A stretch of DNA of 64,000 nt. Source: Salinispira sp. GTDB lineage: Bacteria > Spirochaetota > Spirochaetia > DSM-27196 > Salinispiraceae. The DNA is taken from contig OZ271918.1 in the NCBI GenBank assembly GCA_965602015.1, forward strand, positions 832,001 to 896,000, written 5' to 3'. Below are positions 21,023 through 31,115 of this stretch, piece by piece. Each line of letters starts with the position of its first letter. Position 1 is the stretch's first letter. The notes beneath the pieces are model-generated. The model made no database searches, was not told the DNA's origin, and saw only the letters and a program-made list of their open reading frames with translations. Made by a program: the position numbers and the translations under genes.

Positions 21023-22651
21023 TTAGCGAGCGGCCATCATTGCTTCGACGTCTGCGGCGACCTCGCCGGTTGCCTTTATGTTGAATTTTTCCACCAACAC
21101 CTTTGCTACGTTGGGCGAAAGAAAGGCCGGAAGGCTGGGTCCGAGCCGGATTCCCTTCACTCCCAGATGAAGCAGCGCCAATAGGACGGCGACGGCTTTC
21201 TGCTCATACCAGGCGATGTCATAGGATATGGGCAGATCATTAATATCATCCAGGCCGAAGGCCTCTTTGAGCTTGAGTGCTATGAGGGCCAGGGAGTAGG
21301 AATCATTGCACTGTCCCGCGTCTAAAACCCGTGGTATCCCGCCGATTTCACCCAGATCCAGTTTGTTGTACCGGTATTTGGCGCAGCCGGCGGTGAGAAT
21401 AACCGAATCCGATGGCAGCGCCTTCGCAACATCGGTGAAGTAACTCCGCCCTTTCTGCCGTCCGTCACAGCCGGCCATAACGATGAACCGGGAGATGCTT
21501 CCGTTCTTTACCGCGTCCATTACCTTGTCCGCAAGAGCGCCGACCTGAGCATGGGCGAACCCGCCGACGATGCGGCCGGTCTCAATTTCTTTCGGAGGGG
21601 GGCAGCTTTTGGCCCGCTCGATAAGGGCGGTGAAATCCTTCGATCCGTCCTCCGCCTCCTCGATGTGAGAAACCCCCGGGTAGCCTGCCATCCCGGTGGT
21701 AAAAATCCGGTCGCGGTAGCTCTCTTTCACCGGAACAATGCAATTAGTAGTCATAAAGATGGCGCCGTTGAAGGTTTCGAATTCCGAGGATTGCTTCCAC
21801 CAGGCGTTCCCGTAGTTTCCGACGAAATGGGAGTACTTTTTAAAGCCCGGGTAGTAATTGGCCGGGAGCATTTCCGAGTGGGTGTAGATGTCCACCCCGG
21901 CATCTGCGCTTTGCTCCAACAGCTGTTCAAAGTCTTTTAAGTCATGGCCGGAGACGAGAATTCCCGGCCGGTTTCCAACGCCGATATTCACCTCGGTTAT
22001 TTCCGGGTTTCCGTAGCTTTGGGTATTCGCCCGGTCCAAAAGGGCCATTCCGGCGACGCAGGTTTCGCCGGTTTTGAGAACCAACGCAGTGAGGGCGTCG
22101 GGATTCGACTCGATTACCAGGGTCTCAAGGGCTTCGATCATAAAATCCCAGACGGTCTCATCTTCGAAACCAAGGACCGACGCATGGGTCACATAGGCCG
22201 CAAGTCCCTTGAGGCCGTAGGTCGTGAGTTCTTTGAGGCTGCGGATATCTTCATCCGGCTCGGATAAAACGCCGATTTTACTCGCCTTTTCTGCCCATTG
22301 GCCTTCTTCAACTGACCAGCTTGCGCAATCATGGGGGAACTCCGCCCCGGCTTCATGCAGGCGAGTCCGGATTTCCAAGACTTCCCGGATAAGGGCCGCG
22401 AGTCGCTCATCATCGAAGTTGGCGTTGGTGATGGTTGCAAACAGCGCTCTGGCGATAAATCGGCTTACAGATCCTTTTTGACCGGGATCTATCTGGGAGT
22501 TTTTCGCCGCTGCCCCGGCGAGTCCCGCTACGCCTTTGAGGGTGTAGATGAGCAGATCCTGCAGGTTCGCCGTTTCTCCGGCTTTACCGCAGACGCCCCG
22601 AATTTCACATCCTGTCCCCTTTGCGGCTTCCTGACACTGATAACAAAACAT
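21023..22651 (-). CDS. hcp: Hybrid cluster protein (hydroxylamine/NO reductase)
   Basis: [10 protein letters not shown]...[43 protein letters not shown]. Confidence 0.98.
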   Translation of the reverse strand: MFCYQCQEAAKGTGCEIRGVCGKAGETANLQDLLIYTLKGVAGLAGAAAKNSQIDPGQKGSVSRFIARALFATITNANFDDERLAALIREVLEIRTRLHEAGAEFPHDCASWSVEEGQWAEKASKIGVLSEPDEDIRSLKELTTYGLKGLAAYVTHASVLGFEDETVWDFMIEALETLVIESNPDALTALVLKTGETCVAGMALLDRANTQSYGNPEITEVNIGVGNRPGILVSGHDLKDFEQLLEQSADAGVDIYTHSEMLPANYYPGFKKYSHFVGNYGNAWWKQSSEFETFNGAIFMTTNCIVPVKESYRDRIFTTGMAGYPGVSHIEEAEDGSKDFTALIERAKSCPPPKEIETGRIVGGFAHAQVGALADKVMDAVKNGSISRFIVMAGCDGRQKGRSYFTDVAKALPSDSVILTAGCAKYRYNKLDLGEIGGIPRVLDAGQCNDSYSLALIALKLKEAFGLDDINDLPISYDIAWYEQKAVAVLLALLHLGVKGIRLGPSLPAFLSPNVAKVLVEKFNIKATGEVAADVEAMMAAR

Positions 22652-22712
22652 ATGTACCTCCTAAAGCTTCTGGTAGTGCTCTCACTACCATAGGTCCGTT
22701 AGCCTCAGGGGT

Positions 22713-22730
22713 CGGTAACATATGTTACCG
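22713..22730. promoter_or_regulatory. HcpR-type operator upstream of hcp
   Basis: Perfect palindrome CGGTAACATATGTTACCG. Confidence 0.85.
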
Positions 22731-22790
22731 TAAAGGAACATTTATTTTTTTACGCTAAAGAGGAAGCTGCGCCGCTAAGGGTTTACGAAA

Positions 22791-23261
22791 TCAGTGTTTT
22801 TCCAGAGCCGCCGACGGATCGCGCCGGTAGTCGGCGATAAAGGTTGAGACCTTGGCTTTTATCTCCCTCATCACCACTTTGGTGCCCGCAAGGCGTTCAT
22901 CATGGTTTCCGCTGAATGAAGAGGGATCCTTGAACGGCCAATGCATCCGTTTCTCAGTGCCGGGGAAGAGGGGGCATTTTTCCGCCGCCTCGGGATCGCA
23001 GACGGTAATCACATAATGGTAGCTCTTCCCGGCGTTATAGAGAGCCAGGGCGCTGCGGGTTTTTTTACCGGAAATATCGATGCCTTCGTCTTGTAATGCT
23101 TCGACGACAAATGGATTGAGCGTACCTGGCTCGATTCCCGCGCTCTCGGCGATGAACAGATCGCCGGCATAGTTTTTAAAGAACTCCTCGGCCATCTGAC
23201 TTCTGGCGCTGTTGTGAATACAGACAATCAATACGGTCTTTTTCATAGAGTCATTAGACAT
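22791..23261 (-). CDS. arsC: Arsenate reductase, LMW-PTP/thioredoxin type
   Basis: CIHNSARSQMAE, ITVCD, CP, HWPFKDP; AAGGAG SD; follows acr3. Confidence 0.92.
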   Translation of the reverse strand: MSNDSMKKTVLIVCIHNSARSQMAEEFFKNYAGDLFIAESAGIEPGTLNPFVVEALQDEGIDISGKKTRSALALYNAGKSYHYVITVCDPEAAEKCPLFPGTEKRMHWPFKDPSSFSGNHDERLAGTKVVMREIKAKVSTFIADYRRDPSAALEKH

Positions 23262-24324
23262 GTGCTTCTCCTTTTGCATGTCGGTCGGTAAATGAGGCTC
23301 GGGTTCTGTTTGCAAAATTCACCAGCAGAAGCATTATTGGCACTTCTACCAGGACTCCGACAACCGTCGCCAGGGCCGCCCCGGAGTCCAGCCCGAACAA
23401 TGCGATTGCCACGGCTACCGCCAGCTCGAAGAAGTTGCTGGCACCGATGAGGGCCGCCGGTGCTGCAATGTCGTGGCTGGTTTTCCACAGATATGCCCAG
23501 AAATAGGCCGCGGCAAAAATCAGGATGGTCTGGAGAACGAGGGGGATGGCAATGAGCGCGATGTCCGCCGGATTGTCCAAAATCGTCTGACCCTGGAACG
23601 AGAAAATGATCACCAGGGTGAGAAGCAAACCGGCAGTGGTAACGCCGCTAAACCGCTTGATAAACACATTGTTGAAGTAATCGCTGCCCTTTTTGCGGAT
23701 AACGTGTATTCGGGTCAGAGCGCCAAGGGTCAGGGGAAATACGACGAAGAGGATCACCGAAAGAATGAGGGTATCAAAGGGCACCGAAATGTCGCTTATG
23801 CCCAACAGGAAGGCGACGATGGGCGTGAATGCCACCAGAATCACCAGGTCGTTTACCGCAACCTGGAGAACCGTAAACGCCGGGTTTCCCTTGGTGAGAT
23901 GACTCCAGACAAAAACCATCGCGGTACAGGGTGCGGCGCCCAACAAAACGGCTCCCGCAATATACTGCCGGGCGGTTTCATCGGGAATCCAGGATGAGTA
24001 CAAGACCTTGAAAAACAGCCAGGCGATGGCGAACATGCTGAAGGGCTTGATAATCCAGTTTGTCACCAGGGTAATGGCCAGGCCTTTCGGCACCCGCAAA
24101 TGCTGGCGAAGCGAGGTGAAATCCACCTTCATCATCATTGGATAAATCATGAGCCAAATGAGTACGGCGATAGGTATGGACACATTGGCGTATTCCAGGG
24201 TGCTCAGAGCCCGGGGAAATGCCGGAATATAGACGCCGATGAGAACGCCGGCAGCGATGCATACCAGTACCCAGAGAGACAAAAACTGTTCGAAAAAGCC
24301 GATTTCGGCCTGCTGTTTAGACAT
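23254..24324 (-). CDS. acr3: Acr3 arsenite efflux transporter
   Basis: LIWLMIYPMM, APCTAMVFVW, ASNFFELAVA, GVLVEVP. Confidence 0.96.
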   Translation of the reverse strand: MSKQQAEIGFFEQFLSLWVLVCIAAGVLIGVYIPAFPRALSTLEYANVSIPIAVLIWLMIYPMMMKVDFTSLRQHLRVPKGLAITLVTNWIIKPFSMFAIAWLFFKVLYSSWIPDETARQYIAGAVLLGAAPCTAMVFVWSHLTKGNPAFTVLQVAVNDLVILVAFTPIVAFLLGISDISVPFDTLILSVILFVVFPLTLGALTRIHVIRKKGSDYFNNVFIKRFSGVTTAGLLLTLVIIFSFQGQTILDNPADIALIAIPLVLQTILIFAAAYFWAYLWKTSHDIAAPAALIGASNFFELAVAVAIALFGLDSGAALATVVGVLVEVPIMLLLVNFANRTRASFTDRHAKGEAHV

Positions 24325-24408
24325 GGGGGCTCACCTACAATTAGATATATAGCGAAATGTAGAATAAGCAAATTGATTAATCAAGAACCCCATGATAAAT
24401 TTCCGGCG

Positions 24409-24741
24409 ATGCAGCAAAGTATTGAGCAATTAAAAGCCCTCGGAGAGAGCAACCGTTTTCGTATCATGATGATGCTGAGATCCAGGCCGCTTTGCGTCTG
24501 TGAGCTCCTTGAGATTCTCGATGTCAGCGGCGCCACCATGTCCAGTCATTTAAAGACCCTGAAATACGCTTCGCTTGTGGAGAGCAGACGGGACGGTAAA
24601 TGGATTGAATACCGCATCGCCGAGGACGCAGGTTCCCTCGTCGAGTACCTGTATGCAAGCTGCGAAGATACCGCACAAATCGACGAAGATTCCCGACAGC
24701 TCAAAATCATTGACCGAAGCGTCTGCTCAATCAAATCCTGA
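24409..24741 (+). CDS. arsR: ArsR family repressor
   Basis: LKALG..NRFRI, PLCVCEL, SSHLK; divergent from acr3. Confidence 0.92.
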   Translation: MQQSIEQLKALGESNRFRIMMMLRSRPLCVCELLEILDVSGATMSSHLKTLKYASLVESRRDGKWIEYRIAEDAGSLVEYLYASCEDTAQIDEDSRQLKIIDRSVCSIKS

Positions 24742-24856
24742 TTTCACCGGCAGCAGTTACTAATCTCTAATGGAAGCTTGTTTGTTACGGCCGTATCGTT
24801 TGCTATTGCAGTCTCTACTGTTATTCCCGTCATTTTTATTAACGCTGTCTCTTTTG

Positions 24857-25222
24857 CTACGGGCGTTCCTGAAGGAGGGAAATTATCGCGCTGCTGTGAA
24901 GGGGTTTTTCAAGATACCCGATTGGCGACAGGTTCATGGCGTGGGCCATGGTGTCGGAATCGGGGTACCCCGACATAAATATGATTCCCGTGTCGCTGAA
25001 CTCCCGAATTCTACCCGCGGCCTCTATGCCGTTGAGGTATCCCGCCAACCCGATGTCCATCAGAATTACATCGGGCAGCTGTTCACGGGCCACCTCCACG
25101 GCATCCTCACCTCGGGAGCATATTTTAACCACCTCATATCCGGCGGCCGCCAGCTCGCGCTGCAGGCACATTGCCGAAAAAAACTCGTCCTCCACAATGA
25201 GCACTCGCCAGTAATCACTCAT
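24857..25222 (-). CDS. Single-domain response regulator
   Basis: VLIVEDE, ILMDI, FMSGY, EKP. Confidence 0.92.
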   Translation of the reverse strand: MSDYWRVLIVEDEFFSAMCLQRELAAAGYEVVKICSRGEDAVEVAREQLPDVILMDIGLAGYLNGIEAAGRIREFSDTGIIFMSGYPDSDTMAHAMNLSPIGYLEKPLHSSAIISLLQERP

Positions 25223-27693
25223 ATCCTGGCCCCGTAGGTATCAAGGGGGAAGGATATGCGGCAGGACATCCCATCGCCCCCTTCAAACGTAATTTCACCC
25301 TGAAGCTGCTGTTCGGCTATTGCCTTGATTGATTGCAGCCCGAGAGTTTCCATGTTGGCAAAGTCCAGGGATCCGGTGAATCCCACGCCGTTGTCCGAAT
25401 ACAATAATTCGGCGTGGTCTTCAGTTAGCGTACGGAGGGTCACGCTAATCCGGGCGTCTTTCATTTCGGGGAAGCCGTGCTGAATCGAATTAGTCATTAG
25501 CTCATTGAGGATGATGCCGCAGGGTATGGCGGTGTCGATGAGAACCTGCAGGGCCTGGACATCCAGGCTAAGCTCGATGGGATTTTGATCGGCGAGCTCC
25601 GGACTTGTCTGAATGATAAGCTCGGCGAGCTCCGTAATGTATTCCCTGAAATTGATATGGGACAGGTCTTGAGATTGATACAGTTTTTTATGTACGAGTG
25701 CCATGGAAAGAATGCGTTTTTCAGTGCTTGAAACCAGCCGGGTTATTTCCGGAGATTCGCCGAGGGTCGAAGCCTGAAGAACCAGCATCGAACGGATGAC
25801 CTGGAGGGTATTTTTCGTCCGATGGTACAGTTCCTTGAGCAGCACCTCTTTTTCCGCCAGGGAAGTGCGGAGCTGCTCCTTTGCTATTTGCTCTTTGGTA
25901 ATATCCTGGTTGATGCCGATCATTTTTTCCGGCTCATTATTTTTGCCGAATATCACGACGGCCAAGGATTTGATCCATTTTACCGTGCCGTCTTGCTGAA
26001 CAACCCGGAATCTCGTGTCGAAAGGGGCCTCTCCTCGCAGCGCTTTCTGGATGAGTTCGCTGCTGTCATTCCGATCCTCTTCGTGGACTCCCGACAGCCA
26101 GGTGTCGTAAACCGGCTCGTTGTGATGCTTTTTGTCGATGCCGTATAATTCGTACATGCGGTCGTTCCATACCAGGCGATTGCTCGGAATTGCCCATTCC
26201 CAAATGCCCAAACCGGCAGCCCGAACGGCCAGGTTCATTCGGCTGTGCTGTATGCGTAGATCCTCGGAAATTTGCTTTAGATCGGTGACGTCCTGAAAAA
26301 TGACTACCGCATGGGCGATTTCTCCGCTGTCGTTGTACACTGGCGCGGCGTTGGCAATAACGTGTAATTGCTGGCCTCCCGGTTGAGTAATTATCATTTC
26401 CTCCTGGCATAGCTCTCCCTTGAACAATGCCCGGGTCAGGGGTAGTTCATCGGGTGAAAAATCTGTGCCGTCGGGATGTCGAATTGACCAGTGCGATGTG
26501 TAGTCGGTGACTCCTAAGTCATCATCCAGTTCCTCGGCGGATTCCCCCTGTATACGAATACCCGCCCTGTTTACATAACGGATTTTACCATCCGGGGCAT
26601 CGGCGATGCTGATTCCAAGAGGGCTTTGATCAAAGGCCGCCTGAAAGAAGGCTCTGCTCAGCCTCAGCTCCTTTTCAGCCAGGCTGCGCTTTTCAAGTTC
26701 CTTGCGTAAATTTTCCGACTTTGTGTTCAACAGGGAACTATGGGTGTCCAGCCGCTTGATCAGAATACCGACGAATGCCAGGAGGACGAGCATCAATGCC
26801 GCCCACAAGAGGCTGTAACCGGAAATATTTCTCAGAATGGTACCGCTGTCAAAACTTAAAAAAAATCGGAGGGGCAATGGAGATAACAGATCGGAGTTCA
26901 ACAGAATTACGCCGCCCCGCATGGCCGGGAACGGAGAAGGCAGTGTTATCTCTTCCGCAGGAAACCTCTCCAGCTCATCCGACATAAATTCTTCCAGATT
27001 GCGACTGATAAAGCTCTCAGGATGGGGGGCGTGACTGAGTATTGTTCCGTCCCTGAGGGTCAGGGCGAGTTTGTATGCTGCTTCGCCGGAGGAAGTAGGG
27101 CTTAACAGCTCGGTGCTCAGGGTAACCGTCTCGAAATACTCTGGTCTCAGGGATGTCACAACGACGAAGGCCAGATTTCCGTCAGGACCGTAGTATGCCC
27201 GGGATATCGGCATTGCCCACCGGCCGTCGACCCGGCTTTGCACCGGGGGACCGATAAAAAGACCGGTTTCTGTACCGTTTGCGTGGGCGGCGAAGTATTG
27301 TCTGTCCTGTACATTGAGACCGACGGCTTCCCGGTTCGCCCGAGAGTCCATAAGGACCTGCCCGTCAGCTCCGACAATGAGGAACACCCTGATCATGGGA
27401 AGCGAGGCTGCCCGGTCTGCCATAAGCGCGTGGAGGTCGTCATCAGCTGAGGAGGTGAACTCGTAGCGCTCGGCTATGGACTGCATAAGACTGTCTGCGC
27501 TGACAAAAATTGTCTCCACTTGTTGGGAAGCTTTCCGCAGGTTATACCTCAGAAGGTTTTCCCTGGCCAGCATATTTGAACGGTAATCGCCCATGAAAGC
27601 CCTAATACTAAAATAGAGGGCAACCGCAACAAGTCCATAGAATAAAATCCACAGCAATCGGCTGGCATTCCCGGTTTTTATCTCACTGGTCAC
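25219..27693 (-). CDS. Cache/PAS/PAS sensor histidine kinase (HisKA_2 type)
   Basis: Two TM helices around a PDC domain; PAS/PAC; ELYHRTKN; NELMTNS; DNGVG. Confidence 0.9.
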   Translation of the reverse strand: MTSEIKTGNASRLLWILFYGLVAVALYFSIRAFMGDYRSNMLARENLLRYNLRKASQQVETIFVSADSLMQSIAERYEFTSSADDDLHALMADRAASLPMIRVFLIVGADGQVLMDSRANREAVGLNVQDRQYFAAHANGTETGLFIGPPVQSRVDGRWAMPISRAYYGPDGNLAFVVVTSLRPEYFETVTLSTELLSPTSSGEAAYKLALTLRDGTILSHAPHPESFISRNLEEFMSDELERFPAEEITLPSPFPAMRGGVILLNSDLLSPLPLRFFLSFDSGTILRNISGYSLLWAALMLVLLAFVGILIKRLDTHSSLLNTKSENLRKELEKRSLAEKELRLSRAFFQAAFDQSPLGISIADAPDGKIRYVNRAGIRIQGESAEELDDDLGVTDYTSHWSIRHPDGTDFSPDELPLTRALFKGELCQEEMIITQPGGQQLHVIANAAPVYNDSGEIAHAVVIFQDVTDLKQISEDLRIQHSRMNLAVRAAGLGIWEWAIPSNRLVWNDRMYELYGIDKKHHNEPVYDTWLSGVHEEDRNDSSELIQKALRGEAPFDTRFRVVQQDGTVKWIKSLAVVIFGKNNEPEKMIGINQDITKEQIAKEQLRTSLAEKEVLLKELYHRTKNTLQVIRSMLVLQASTLGESPEITRLVSSTEKRILSMALVHKKLYQSQDLSHINFREYITELAELIIQTSPELADQNPIELSLDVQALQVLIDTAIPCGIILNELMTNSIQHGFPEMKDARISVTLRTLTEDHAELLYSDNGVGFTGSLDFANMETLGLQSIKAIAEQQLQGEITFEGGDGMSCRISFPLDTYGARI

Positions 27694-27808
27694 TTCATTT
27701 GCCTCACGGAAATACGGCTGGCTCTACACATCACATCTATTCCCATTCCAGTATCGCTTTGCCTGTGAATGAAGTCAAATAAGTGGAGAAATGCAAAAGT
27801 AGACTGTC

Positions 27809-29275
27809 TTACATAATCGGGGCGAAAATACGCAAGACGCTGTTCCGCAATCGCTTCAGCGGACCGATTTTCCGCAGTGATTCGGTGCTTACTTCGACAC
27901 AATGTTCTCGGTCGAGGGCAAACTGCTCGATCAACGCGTGGGAAAAATCCGCGTCGTATATTACCGCGTTTACTTCGAAGTTGATGTGAAAGCTTCTCAT
28001 GTCCATATTGCAGCTTCCCAGGGTGGCGTAGGTTCTGTCCGAGACGACGAATTTGCTGTGCAGAAACCCGCCGCTGTAGCGGTAAATTTTTACTCCGGCG
28101 CTTAATAAGCCCGCGAAGTAACTCTCGGCAGTCCAAAAAGGAATCTTCTTGTCCGGCACCCCGGTCATCATGAGGTGCACCTTCACCCCGCTCTGGGCTG
28201 CGGTGGCGAGCGCCATGAGGATAGTGGTGCTGGGAATAAAATACGGGCTTTGAATCCAGATTTCCGAGTTCGTATTGGTGATCATTTGGAAGAAAAGCTG
28301 CTCGATGTTCGGCCAGCGGGAATCCGGGCCGCTGAACGCCAACTGGACAGGGGTCCGGATATCGCCGGTATCCGCCTGACCGGGGAAATTCTTTTCATCC
28401 ATTTCCAGGGCTTTACCGCTGCTGCCCCAGTCCGCAAGAAAGAGGGCTTGAAGAAGAAGTACCGAATCGCCGGTCAGCCTCACCGCCTTGTCCCGCCAAC
28501 TCTCGAAATGGGTCCCTCCGTCAATATACTCGGCCCCCACGTTCATTCCGCCGAGGTAGCCGATTTTCCCGTCCACCACCACGATTTTCCGGTGATTGCG
28601 GTAATTGACTTTGAGCCGCGCCAGAAAGCGCCCGAGGTCGAGGAAGTAGGCGAATTCGATACCGTGCTGCTTTAATTCTCTCCGGTATTCCCGTGATATC
28701 TTATTGAAGGAGCCAAGCCCGTCGAACAAAAGCTTGATTTCAACCCCGGCACCGGCCCTTTCTATCAGCAGTTCCTTTATCCGCTGTCCGAGACTGTCAG
28801 AGCGCCAGATGTAAAACTCCATATGAATGGATTCCCTGGCAGACTTCAGGTCGCGGAAAAGCCGGTCGAATGCGCTGCGTCCGTCATTCAGAAGCTCGAC
28901 CTCATTATTCACTGTCAGCATTGAGTTGTTCGCGGAAATCAGCATCCGCGCGCATTTGAACATGTCCGACTGTTCTTCCCTGAGCCCCCTGGAATTGAGG
29001 CGGTCGAAGTAGAGTCGTTGGCGGTCGAGGAGTTTTGATAGGTAGCTGGCAAAAATTTTCTCGGGGTGCTGCCGGACAATATTGCCTTTTTTCCAGTTGA
29101 TGCCTATGAGGATATACAGGGCAACACCGGCCCAACGGAACAGGAAAATTACCAGCAGCCAAGCGATGACCGAATTGCTGTTTTTGCTGTCATCGGTAAT
29201 AATTACCAGGGCCGTAAAAATGGTGACGGCATTGCTGAGCACAAGTAAAACCTGAATCATATCCACCGCAGTCAT
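27809..29275 (-). CDS. cls: Cardiolipin synthase
   Basis: Two HKD motifs (HRKIVVVD, HSKFVVSD); N-terminal TM pair. Confidence 0.93.
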   Translation of the reverse strand: MTAVDMIQVLLVLSNAVTIFTALVIITDDSKNSNSVIAWLLVIFLFRWAGVALYILIGINWKKGNIVRQHPEKIFASYLSKLLDRQRLYFDRLNSRGLREEQSDMFKCARMLISANNSMLTVNNEVELLNDGRSAFDRLFRDLKSARESIHMEFYIWRSDSLGQRIKELLIERAGAGVEIKLLFDGLGSFNKISREYRRELKQHGIEFAYFLDLGRFLARLKVNYRNHRKIVVVDGKIGYLGGMNVGAEYIDGGTHFESWRDKAVRLTGDSVLLLQALFLADWGSSGKALEMDEKNFPGQADTGDIRTPVQLAFSGPDSRWPNIEQLFFQMITNTNSEIWIQSPYFIPSTTILMALATAAQSGVKVHLMMTGVPDKKIPFWTAESYFAGLLSAGVKIYRYSGGFLHSKFVVSDRTYATLGSCNMDMRSFHINFEVNAVIYDADFSHALIEQFALDREHCVEVSTESLRKIGPLKRLRNSVLRIFAPIM

Positions 29276-29376
29276 GAGCCCAGTATAGCCCCGGAATGCA
29301 GCTTACTCTATTAAAAAAACGTCAGCTTTGCCTTTCTCTGTGGTTCAGAATCGATGTACCCCTGCCGCCCGGAAAC

Positions 29377-30993
29377 TCAGCCGGCGCTGGAGCTTTTAGC
29401 AATATTCTCATTAATGCGCAGGAGGGATTGGGCTACCTGGTTCAGTTGACCTATTGATTCTTCTATTGCGTCATTGCCCGTTGCGATGGATTCCAGGTTG
29501 CCGCTCAGTTGCACAATCATGGTTCCCGTACCTTTCATGTGTTTGCCGATAAGTTCCTGCGCGCTGCTGATGGTCTGCGCACCGCCATGAACCCGGCTGC
29601 TTAAATCAGTCAGTGCGGAAATGCTCTCCAGAATTTCCCGGCTGCCGGCACCGAGCTGATCGGTGCTTGCGGCAATCTCCTCAAGGGCTGCCTGCGTTTC
29701 TCTTACCTCTCGGGAAACCCGGGAGAATGCCGCCAGGGTGCGCTCTCCGGCCTTGGAACTCTGGGAGATTTTTTGCACCACATCCTTGAGGACGCTGCCG
29801 ATGTTCCGGGCATTGACTGCGGTATTTTCCGCCAGCTTTCTGATTTCATCGGCAACCACCGCAAAACCCCGGCCCGAGTCCCCCGCATGAGCCGCTTCAA
29901 TTGCGGCATTCATGGACAGCAAATTGGTTTGTGATGTTATTTTATTGATGATTCCAACCATCTCAAGAATTGAGTCCACGCTTCCGGATATTTCGTTAAT
30001 AAGGGTTACGGTGCTTTCGAGTTCCTGCCCGCCCCGCTCAGTGGTCTCCATAAGCTCCCGGGCGGACGCGCTTTTTGCCTGGACTATGCCGGCGACGCTT
30101 TGAATTGAGGCGACCATTTGGTTGGTCGAAGCGGCGGACTCTTCCTGGGCGCTGGACTGTTGAAATACCGCTTCGTTGAGGTCGATGATGCGCTCTCCGA
30201 TGCTGACCACCTGTCCCGATGATTCAGTAAAACCTGAGTCGAACTCCCGTATATAGTCCTTGATCGATTGAATTTCCCGGTTTGCCGCCGCTACCTGTGA
30301 CTGAATCTGCTCGATATTCCGAACGAGGTCGGCGGTTATGCCTATGCCGCTTCGCACGTCGGCAATATTTTGCTCGAGCTCGACGGTTTTCTCCTGAGCC
30401 CGTGTCTGCAGCTCGTCGCCCTCGGTAAGAAGGCGATTGGCGATGCGGTGCTTTTCCATTGTCCAGTGAGCTATGAAAAACAGAAGCAGGAGGGAAAAAA
30501 TGAGGTAGCGGAACACCAGGTCCGCAGTTGAGATATCTGGATTCGCCGGAAGTACCCGGGCGAAAAAGGTGTACAAAACCGCCAGCACGGTTGCGATGGC
30601 CAAAATATAGATGAGCCGGGTTTTGCTCGACAGTAGGGCGCTGAGCATGGTTGGTGTGGCCAGGTACAGCGCGGTGACAAATACGCTTGCCGGATGGGTG
30701 TCGCTGTTGAAGTACGCCATGGCTCCCATGAACGCAAATGTAGAAACAGAAATAAGAGCAGCGCTTATTTGAAACCGGCCCCTAAATCCGAATGTAAAAC
30801 TCACAGCAAAACTGAGGAGGGTGACGCCGACAAAAACGAGTTTGAAAACTTCCCCATTGATAATATAGAGCGCTGAAATAATGAGTGCCACGGCGCCCAT
30901 AAGAATGTGAGCCATTAACAATGCCCGGGCCTTGGAGCGCACCTCCCGGCCCCGGGCAGAAAGGTTGCTAATAAATTGTTTTCCGATCGACAT
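29377..30993 (-). CDS. Methyl-accepting chemotaxis protein with a 6-TM membrane sensor
   Basis: [32 protein letters not shown]. Confidence 0.93.
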   Translation of the reverse strand: MSIGKQFISNLSARGREVRSKARALLMAHILMGAVALIISALYIINGEVFKLVFVGVTLLSFAVSFTFGFRGRFQISAALISVSTFAFMGAMAYFNSDTHPASVFVTALYLATPTMLSALLSSKTRLIYILAIATVLAVLYTFFARVLPANPDISTADLVFRYLIFSLLLLFFIAHWTMEKHRIANRLLTEGDELQTRAQEKTVELEQNIADVRSGIGITADLVRNIEQIQSQVAAANREIQSIKDYIREFDSGFTESSGQVVSIGERIIDLNEAVFQQSSAQEESAASTNQMVASIQSVAGIVQAKSASARELMETTERGGQELESTVTLINEISGSVDSILEMVGIINKITSQTNLLSMNAAIEAAHAGDSGRGFAVVADEIRKLAENTAVNARNIGSVLKDVVQKISQSSKAGERTLAAFSRVSREVRETQAALEEIAASTDQLGAGSREILESISALTDLSSRVHGGAQTISSAQELIGKHMKGTGTMIVQLSGNLESIATGNDAIEESIGQLNQVAQSLLRINENIAKSSSAG

Positions 30994-31115
30994 TTAGATT
31001 CCTGACTGTTTTTTACTTGAGAGCGAATATATCAGGATATTCACCCCTTGGGCAAGATAGCGAAAGCATTGCGCCGGAATTATCAATGCCAAACCTTGGC
31101 TGCATGAAGGCAGTA

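Noticed and set aside
24770..25237. Plus-strand ORFs opposite the response regulator
   Set aside because: Antisense shadows with no recognisable motifs
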